Source: Candidatus Versatilivorator sp. (lineage in GTDB: Bacteria; Acidobacteriota; Terriglobia; Versatilivoradales; Versatilivoraceae). From it: a DNA stretch of 64,000 bases. The DNA lies in contig OZ242296.1 of the NCBI GenBank assembly GCA_965207735.1, forward strand, positions 3,392,001-3,456,000, read 5' to 3'. Below are positions 57,503-64,000 of the stretch, one piece after another; position 1 is the stretch's first letter, and the number at the start of each line of letters is the position of its first letter. Position numbers and translations under genes: made by a program. The notes under the pieces were generated by a model that ran no database searches, was not told the DNA's origin, and saw only the letters and a list, made by a program, of their open reading frames with translations.

Positions 57503-58312
57503 TCAGCTTTCCTTGAACTCCACTCCGTCCACTACCCAGTCCAGGCTGCCTCTCTTCAGGATCAACGAGGCTTCCAACCTTGCGAATCCGGTCTCGCCTC
57601 TGGCAGCCAGAAATAGGGTGGTTCCCATGGTCATGCGATCGGTGTCGGTCTGAACCAGCGAGGTGACCTCAAAGGCAACGTAGGCCGGATCTTCCGAACC
57701 CAGCAGGAATTCGCTCATCACCTGCTGATTCTCGAAACGGCTTTGGAACCCCTGCGTCAGCAGTTGGCTGGCTGCTTCAACGTTGCGGTCGATGAGGTGC
57801 CTCATGAATCGCTTGGCCACCATCATGGCGAACTTGGCCCGCTTCTCGCTGGCCACGTTGAAGGGCATGATCGGCCGGCGGGGATCGGACCTGAGGAATT
57901 TGATGTCTTCGGCCACCCAGGCGCCCCTGATCTTCACGAACCGAATCTGCTCGTTGACCCGGCTGCTCACCTGGTTGTTGAGGTCGACCCAGGTGCTTTC
58001 CACCGAGACCTGGAACTTGTCCTTGCCCAGAGGAAATATGGCGGCAGGACTGAAGTCGAAGGCAGCGACCCGCCCGCTGCGCACTCGGATGGAGAGACGT
58101 TTGCCGCGAAGATAGCGCTTCTCCAAACCCGCTGTCATGAGCTTGCGGGCCTCGACGTTGTGCCTCAGCGTCCTGGCGCCCATGAATGCCTTCACCGTGT
58201 TCACCTTGGAAGGGTCAGGCGAACCTTGCGGCAGCGCCGGGAAAGCAGGAATACAGGCCAGGGCGACTCCCAGACAAACCAGGCTGTGGACACCGCGCAT
58301 TTTTGTCTTCAC
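57503..58312 (-). CDS. Secreted hypothetical protein with two NTF2-like repeats
   Basis: Signal-like N-terminus; internal repeat FM.A......A..L(M/L)T...W(V)..; GGAGGAG RBS before GTG. Confidence 0.6.
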   Translation of the reverse strand: MKTKMRGVHSLVCLGVALACIPAFPALPQGSPDPSKVNTVKAFMGARTLRHNVEARKLMTAGLEKRYLRGKRLSIRVRSGRVAAFDFSPAAIFPLGKDKFQVSVESTWVDLNNQVSSRVNEQIRFVKIRGAWVAEDIKFLRSDPRRPIMPFNVASEKRAKFAMMVAKRFMRHLIDRNVEAASQLLTQGFQSRFENQQVMSEFLLGSEDPAYVAFEVTSLVQTDTDRMTMGTTLFLAARGETGFARLEASLILKRGSLDWVVDGVEFKES

Positions 58313-58496
58313 CGCTTTCTCCTCCCGAGCTGACGAGCGACGGATCCTTCCCGCCAAATTAGTGTACCCCGAATAGCGGCAGGATTCATCTCCCCCGTGG
58401 TGCTTTTCGGATAGAGGAGGAGACGGACGGGGGTTTCCAGCAGAGGCCGTGACCGGCCGGCCGAATTGACTTCAATCGGGTTTTTAGCTTAAATAA

Positions 58497-58520
58497 TTGA
58501 CCTAACAAGCTGCGGGTCAA
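58497..58520. promoter_or_regulatory. Candidate operator upstream of cysE
   Basis: TTGACC-N12-GGTCAA inverted repeat in an AT-rich intergenic segment. Confidence 0.3.
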
Positions 58521-58595
58521 GGGAATTGCGGGTATCTTCTTCCGCCGGGCGCCGAGCGGTCGGGCGGCCCGGTCGGCTTGCATTTGGAATCGAAC

Positions 58596-59417
58596 ATGAA
58601 CTTGCTCAAACAAGAGGCTGTCGGGAGCGACACGGTCTGGCCCGATATCCGTGAAGATGTCTCCCTCGAAGCAGCGCGCGAGCCTATCCTGGCCAGCTTT
58701 CTGCATTCCACCGTGCTCAACCACCAGAGCCTGGAGGACACGCTCAGCTTTCACCTTGCCGCCAAGCTGACCAGTCCCAGCCTGTCTCCCATGATGATTC
58801 GGGACGTCATCGACGAGGCGCTGAGCGACAGCGCTTCCATTCGAGCCGCGGTTCGAGAGGATCTGAGGGCCTTCCGCGACAGAGACCCCGCCTGCAACAG
58901 CTATGCCGAACCCCTGCTCTACTACAAGGGGTTCCATGCCCTGCAGTCCTACCGCGTGGCCCACTGGCTGTGGACGCAGGAGCGCCATCAGCTGGCGCTG
59001 CTGCTCCAGAACCGGATTTCGGAAGTCTTCCAGGTGGACATTCATCCGGCCGCCCGCATCGGCAAAGGGATCTTCATCGACCATGGGACGGGCGTGGTTA
59101 TCGGCGAGACAGCCGTGGTCGACGACATGGTCTCCATGTTGCACGCGGTGACGCTGGGCGGGACCGGCAAGGAGAGTGGAGACCGGCATCCCAAAGTCCA
59201 CCGCGGGGTCCTGATCGGCGCCGGCGCCAAGATCCTGGGCAACGTGCATGTGGGTGAGGGCGCCAAAGTCGGAGCCGGCAGCGTGGTTCTGAACGATGTC
59301 CCGCCCCACTGCACCGTCACCGGCGTTCCGGCCAAGGTGGTTGGATGCCCGGACGTGGATGAGCCCGCGGTCGAGATGGACCACCAGATTCCCGAGCGAC
59401 CCGGCGTTCAACCCTGA
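58596..59417 (+). CDS. cysE: Serine O-acetyltransferase
   Basis: RDPAC, YKGFHALQ.YR.AH, VDIHPAARIG.GIFIDHGTG, TLGGTGKE.GDRHPK and GVPAK. Confidence 0.96.
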   Translation: MNLLKQEAVGSDTVWPDIREDVSLEAAREPILASFLHSTVLNHQSLEDTLSFHLAAKLTSPSLSPMMIRDVIDEALSDSASIRAAVREDLRAFRDRDPACNSYAEPLLYYKGFHALQSYRVAHWLWTQERHQLALLLQNRISEVFQVDIHPAARIGKGIFIDHGTGVVIGETAVVDDMVSMLHAVTLGGTGKESGDRHPKVHRGVLIGAGAKILGNVHVGEGAKVGAGSVVLNDVPPHCTVTGVPAKVVGCPDVDEPAVEMDHQIPERPGVQP

Positions 59418-59449
59418 TAAACCCGTCCAACACCACAACAGGGGACACC

Positions 59450-60112
59450 ATGAAACATCTGGGTCTTGCCCTTCTGATGGTCGCCTGGCTGGCCTGCGGT
59501 CGTTCATCGGTTCCGGAGGCGGGCTTCGTGCCCCTCTTTGACGGCAAGTCTCTTCAGGGTTGGCAAGCGGTGGAAAAGGTAGGTGAGGGCTACCTGGTGG
59601 AGAACGGAGTCCTGATCTGCCCCGCCGAGGGCGGGGGCAATCTCTTCAGCGAGCGGGAGTACTCGGACTTTGTCCTCCGCTTCGAGTTTCGCCTGCAGGA
59701 AGGTTCCAACAACGGGGTCGGCATCCGGGCGCCGCTGGTTGGAGACGCCGCTTACCAGGGGTTGGAAATCCAGGTCCTCGACAACCACTCGCCCCGCTAC
59801 AAGGACAAGCTCCGCCCTGCCCAGTATCACGGGTCGGTCTATGACCTGGCTCCGGCCAAGCGGGGGTTCCTGAAACCGACGGGAGAGTGGAACCAGGAGG
59901 AGATCCGTGCCGTGGGCCGCCAGATCACGGTGACCCTCAACGGCACGGTCATCGTCGATTTCGATCTGGATTCGGTGACCGACAGCCAGGTTCTGGAGAA
60001 ACACTCCGGAGTGGCGCGGAGCAGTGGACACATCGGATTCCTGGGGCACGGGACCAAAGTCGAGTTCCGGAACATTCGAATCAAGGAAATTCGCCGGGAG
60101 TCCGAGCTGTAA
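59450..60112 (+). CDS. DUF1080 (3-keto-disaccharide hydrolase-like) lipoprotein
   Basis: LFDGKSLQGW, F.LRFEF, NNGVGIR, EIQVLD, GEWN, GHIGFLGH and FRNIRIK; lipobox LAC. Confidence 0.9.
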   Translation: MKHLGLALLMVAWLACGRSSVPEAGFVPLFDGKSLQGWQAVEKVGEGYLVENGVLICPAEGGGNLFSEREYSDFVLRFEFRLQEGSNNGVGIRAPLVGDAAYQGLEIQVLDNHSPRYKDKLRPAQYHGSVYDLAPAKRGFLKPTGEWNQEEIRAVGRQITVTLNGTVIVDFDLDSVTDSQVLEKHSGVARSSGHIGFLGHGTKVEFRNIRIKEIRRESEL

Positions 60113-60352
60113 GAGGCTGCCAGCGGCGCACGAGCCCGGTAGTGCAGGGGCCCGGCTTGTCTGAAACAACCGACAAACGACAAAAGAAAAAAGACTTATC
60201 CACGAAGGGCCACTAAGGCGCGGGAGAAGACTCAAGAGGGATGGGGCGAAGGTCGGCAAGGGGGTCAAGGAAGGACACAAGACAAAGAGGATTTGTCCGC
60301 GGAGGAGCAAGTGGGGGCGCTTCCCACTGCATCGTGATTTACAGGGATTATT

Positions 60353-60505
60353 AACATCGATGTACAGGATTCACAGGATTCTTCAGGAAACGGCCAGCTT
60401 CTAATGCCGGGAATCCGCAAATCCGCACCGGATCACCGCCCGAGTTGGCTTCTGGTGCAGGAAGCTCTCGTCCTGTTAATCCTGTGCATCCTGTGCATCG
60501 ATGTT
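60353..60505. repeat. Inverted-repeat element with 9-nt periodic arms
   Basis: AACATCGATGTACAGGATTCACAGGATT versus the reverse complement of 60478-60505, AACATCGATGCACAGGATGCACAGGATT (26/28 match). Confidence 0.85.
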
Positions 60506-60592
60506 CAATGGGTAGAAAATCGTGCTAACCGAACAGGGTCCTTGTTCCCGACCGGCTATGAAGATTCCTTGTTTCACTCTAAAGGAAAACGG

Positions 60593-60713
60593 CGAACCAC
60601 GAATGGACACGAAGTCATACCAGGGTAGCAGCGTTGCAGAAGCATTGTGGTGCCGCTTCTCGTTCGAGTGAGTCCACCTGCATTCGTGTGAATTCGTGTC
60701 CATTCGTGGTTCG
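60593..60713. repeat. Inverted-repeat element with 10-nt periodic arms
   Basis: CGAACCACGAATGGACACGAA (60593-60613) is a perfect 21-bp inverted repeat of 60693-60713; the right arm has a third unit, ATTCGTGTGA. Confidence 0.87.
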
Positions 60714-60837
60714 TCTTTATTCAGCGATCGATTGTTTTTCCTCGTAATGATCCGCATGGCAGGGCGGGAGACCGGCTAATGTCCTCCCCGGGCGCCGGTC
60801 TGCAGTCCCATGCTCAACGGTCTGAAAGAGTCCCCCA

Positions 60838-61620
60838 TTGTCTGCCCCTGCCAAGGCTCCGGAACGCTTTCTGGGACGGGTCGAATACTATCGAAAGTAT
60901 CGGCCCGGCTACCCCGAGGGCCTGCTCGAATGGCTGAAGGAACTGTCGGCCCTGAAACCTTCCCACCGCGTCGCCGACATCGGCTCCGGGACGGGCCTGC
61001 TGGCGGAGCTATTCCTGCGGCAGGGCTACCCGGTGGTGGGTGTCGAGCCCAATCCCGAGATGCGGCGGACGGCTGAATCTCACCTGAAGCGCTACCCCCG
61101 CTTCCGGACCATCGATGGGCGAGCGGAAGCCACCACCCTCGGCAGCCGGTCGGTGGATCTCATCGTCGCCGGCCAAGCCTTCCACTGGTTCCCGATCGAC
61201 CGCACCCGAGAGGAGTTCCAACGCATCACCAAACCTCCGGCCTGTGCGGTCCTGGCCTGGAACCAGCGCAAGACCGAAAGCACGGGGTTCCTGAGGGCCT
61301 ACGAGAAGTTGTTGCTGCGGCACGGCACCGACTACGCCCGGGTTCGCCACCAGAACATCGGCCAGCCCCAACTGCAGGCTTTCTTCGGTCCACAAGCAAT
61401 TCACAACAAGACTCTGGCCAACTCTCAGGTCTTCGACCGGGAGGGCCTCATCGGGCGCACCCTCTCCTGCTCTTTCGTGCCGTTGCCCGGACAGCCGGGC
61501 CACCGGTCCCTGATGCGGGCGCTGGACCGGATTTTTAAGGAGTGGCAGGTCGAAGGAAGGGTTACCTTCGAATACGACACCCTGGTCTATGCCGGAAGGC
61601 TACACCCCAACCCGCGGTGA
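60838..61620 (+). CDS. Class I SAM-dependent methyltransferase
   Basis: YRPGYP, ADIGSGTG, VEPNPEM and AGQAFHWF motifs. Confidence 0.9.
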   Translation: MSAPAKAPERFLGRVEYYRKYRPGYPEGLLEWLKELSALKPSHRVADIGSGTGLLAELFLRQGYPVVGVEPNPEMRRTAESHLKRYPRFRTIDGRAEATTLGSRSVDLIVAGQAFHWFPIDRTREEFQRITKPPACAVLAWNQRKTESTGFLRAYEKLLLRHGTDYARVRHQNIGQPQLQAFFGPQAIHNKTLANSQVFDREGLIGRTLSCSFVPLPGQPGHRSLMRALDRIFKEWQVEGRVTFEYDTLVYAGRLHPNPR

Positions 61621-61768
61621 CTCGGCCAGCCCGGGGGACTGGCCCGGGAATGTATACTAACCGGCGCCTGGCGACGCCCCGGTAACACGCAGTGACACCC
61701 GCTGCCGGGCCAAAACGCCGAGCCTGTAGGCACTCCCCATCTCCCGGTTGACCCGGGATCTTAGTCCC

Positions 61769-63151
61769 ATGACCGACTCGTCACCCGCGAACCGGACGGA
61801 AACGGATCTCGAACGTCTGGACAAGCAGACCCTGTGGCACCCCTTCACTCAAATGAAGGAGTGGATGGAATCTCCTCAACTGGTGATCGAGCGGGGCCGG
61901 GGAGTCTACTTGTACGACACCCGGGGAAGGAAGTATCTGGATGGAGTCTCTTCCCTTTGGGCCAACATTCACGGCCACTCCCACCCCCACATCGTGCGGG
62001 CCATCCGCCGCCAACTGGACCGCCTGGACCACAGCTCCCTGCTGGGGCTGACCAACGCTCCCGCGGCGCAACTGGCCGGTAAGCTGGTCGAGCTCACGCC
62101 CCCGAACCTGACCCGGGTCTTCTTTTCGGACGACGGAGCCACGGCCGTGGAGATCGCCCTCAAGATGTCGTTCCAGTACTGGAGAAACCAGGGGCGGCAA
62201 TGGGACTCCAAGAAGACGTTCGTGGCCTTCTCCAACGCCTATCACGGGGATACCCTGGGGTCGGTGAGCGTGGGTGGGGTGCGGCTCTTCCACGAGGTCT
62301 TCCGGCCTCTTCTTTTCCCGACCATCAGGGTCCCCTATCCCTATTGCTACCGATGCCCGCTGGGAAAGCAGCCGCCGAACTGTGAGATCGACCAGCTCCG
62401 GGAATTCGAACAGGTGCTGCGGACCCGCCATCGCGAGATCTGCGGCGTGGTGGTGGAGCCCATGATTCAGGGGGCGGGGGGAATGGTGCCCATGCCCGAT
62501 GGCTTCCTGGGGAAACTGACCGAGCTGACCCGGCGTTTCGGGGTTCACCTGATCCTGGATGAGGTGGCAACCGGATTCGGCAGAACCGGCAGGATGCTGG
62601 CCCTGGAACACGAGGGCGTCCAGCCCGATTTTCTGGCCCTGGCCAAGGGAATCACCGGCGGCACGCTGCCATTGGCGGCCACCCTGACCAGCGAGGAGAT
62701 CTTCGAGTCCTTTCTGGGGGAGTACGAGGAGTTCAAGTCCTTTTTTCACGGACACACCTACACGGGGAATCCGCTGGCCTGCGCGGCCGCCCTGGCCAAC
62801 CTGGAGGTCTTCAGCAAGGAGAAGACTCTGCAGAAGTTGCAGGGGAAAATCACCTATCTGACCAAGGCGCTGCGGCGCATGTGGGAACTGCCCTGCGTCG
62901 GGGACGTGCGACAACTGGGGTTCATGGCGGGAATCGAGCTGGTGCGGGATCGCGGCAGCAGGCAGCCTTTTCCGCTGGGACGCCGCATGGGACACCGAGT
63001 GGTTCTGCAGGCCCGGCGGCGCGGCGTCCTCCTGAGGCCCCTCGGCGACACCGTTGTGCTGATGCCCCCGCTGTCGATCACCCGGCCCCAATTGAAAACG
63101 CTGGTGGAGGTTACCTACAATAGCATCCAGGCCGCTTGGGAAGAGGAGTGA
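61769..63151 (+). CDS. bioA: Adenosylmethionine-8-amino-7-oxononanoate transaminase
   Basis: LWHPFTQM, DGVSSLW.NIHGH, VEIALKM, YHGDT, DEVATGFGRTG, AKGITGG, HGHTYTGNP and LRPLG. Confidence 0.93.
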   Translation: MTDSSPANRTETDLERLDKQTLWHPFTQMKEWMESPQLVIERGRGVYLYDTRGRKYLDGVSSLWANIHGHSHPHIVRAIRRQLDRLDHSSLLGLTNAPAAQLAGKLVELTPPNLTRVFFSDDGATAVEIALKMSFQYWRNQGRQWDSKKTFVAFSNAYHGDTLGSVSVGGVRLFHEVFRPLLFPTIRVPYPYCYRCPLGKQPPNCEIDQLREFEQVLRTRHREICGVVVEPMIQGAGGMVPMPDGFLGKLTELTRRFGVHLILDEVATGFGRTGRMLALEHEGVQPDFLALAKGITGGTLPLAATLTSEEIFESFLGEYEEFKSFFHGHTYTGNPLACAAALANLEVFSKEKTLQKLQGKITYLTKALRRMWELPCVGDVRQLGFMAGIELVRDRGSRQPFPLGRRMGHRVVLQARRRGVLLRPLGDTVVLMPPLSITRPQLKTLVEVTYNSIQAAWEEE

Positions 63152-63186
63152 CCCCGGTCCACCAAGCGCATAGAGAATGAGGCAAT

Positions 63187-64000
63187 ATGAAATTCATTTG
63201 GAGAACACGTCTGGCGCCGCTGTGTTTGCTGTCGGCTCTCGCCGCCTGCCAGGCGCCGGATGAGCCTGAAAACGCGGAACGCCGCCTGCGCAACCTGCGT
63301 CAATTGACCTTTGGAGGGGAGAATGCCGAAGCCTACTTCTCCTCCGACGGTCAGCGCCTGATATTTCAAGCGACCCGCGACGGCGGCCAGTGCGACCAGA
63401 TCTTCGTGATGGGCACCGACGGCAGCGGCATCACCCGGGTCAGCAGCGGCAAGGGCCGCACCACCTGCGCCTATTTTCTCAAGGACAGCCAGCGCTTCGT
63501 CTACGCCTCGACCCACCTGGGCAGTGAAAATTGTCCGCCTCGACCCGACTTTTCCCGGGGATACGTGTGGGCCGTCTACCCCGACTACGACATATTCCTC
63601 TCCGATTTCAACCAGGGCCTTACCCGCTTGACCGACACGCCGGGCTATGACGCCGAAGCCACCCTTTCTCCCGACGGAAAAAAGATCGTATTCACCTCCA
63701 TGAGGGATGGAGACCTGGAGCTTTACTCCATGAACACCGATGGGTCGGGGGTCCAACGGCTTACCCACACCCTCGGTTACGACGGGGGCGCCTTCTACTC
63801 CCCCGACAGTCAAAAGATCGTCTACCGCGCCTCGCACCCCACCGATGAGGCCGCCAAAACCAAGTACCGGGACCTGCTGAGCCGAAACCTGATCGAGCCC
63901 AGCCAGCTCGACATCTTCGTGATGAATGCCGACGGCAGCGACCGGGTTCAGGTGACCCGCAACGGCGCCGCCAACTTCTGTCCCTTCTTCCATCCGGACG
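63187..64000 (+). CDS. TolB-like PD40 beta-propeller lipoprotein (3'-truncated by window edge)
   Basis: Own translation, absent from the ORF track: MKFIWRTRLAPLCLLSALAAC...RQLTFGGENAEAYFSSDG...GYDAEATLSPDGKKIVFTSMRDGDLELY...GYDGGAF. Confidence 0.85.
   Translation, partial: MKFIWRTRLAPLCLLSALAACQAPDEPENAERRLRNLRQLTFGGENAEAYFSSDGQRLIFQATRDGGQCDQIFVMGTDGSGITRVSSGKGRTTCAYFLKDSQRFVYASTHLGSENCPPRPDFSRGYVWAVYPDYDIFLSDFNQGLTRLTDTPGYDAEATLSPDGKKIVFTSMRDGDLELYSMNTDGSGVQRLTHTLGYDGGAFYSPDSQKIVYRASHPTDEAAKTKYRDLLSRNLIEPSQLDIFVMNADGSDRVQVTRNGAANFCPFFHPD

Noticed and set aside
60190-60713. CRISPR array or integron attC interpretation of the repeats
   Set aside because: The repeats are inverted, differ between elements, have no regular spacers or GTTRRRY/RYYYAAC cassette structure, and no integrase is present
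61631-61720. SAM-I-like word GGGACTGGCCCG upstream of bioA
   Set aside because: There is no ATC-AGAG P1 element, the spacing to the GCAAC-like motif is wrong, and the word lies upstream of the apparent -10 box

Overview
High-GC (visually ~63-65%) bacterial chromosome segment. The gene mix (DUF1501 plus PSD1/PSCyt cytochrome, three sodium:solute symporters, DUF1080, BON, S46 peptidase, TPR/carboxypeptidase-regulatory protein) suggests an Acidobacteriota-like, possibly marine or host-associated organism; this is inference only. Bases ~1-51,900 are mostly accessory catabolic, transport and secreted-enzyme genes. They are interrupted by lower-GC toxin-antitoxin islets: MNT-HEPN with a decayed second copy, a MITE and an orphan nuclease-like gene at 11.2-13.9 kb; Phd-VapC plus a VapB whose toxin appears replaced by a PD-(D/E)XK nuclease at 28.8-30.4 kb; and an orphan HigA at 37.4 kb. 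An octaheme HAO-like cytochrome/NapC module lies at 40.8-42.9 kb. Bases ~52,000-64,000 are more core-like (two tRNA-Pro genes, surE, MerR, der, queC, cysE, bioA). Several intergenic regions carry short inverted-repeat elements whose arms are built from 9-10 nt periodic units (47.25 kb and a cluster at 60.2-60.7 kb). I found no CRISPR array, rRNA, integrase or transposase. All calls come from motif recognition by eye; no searches were run.
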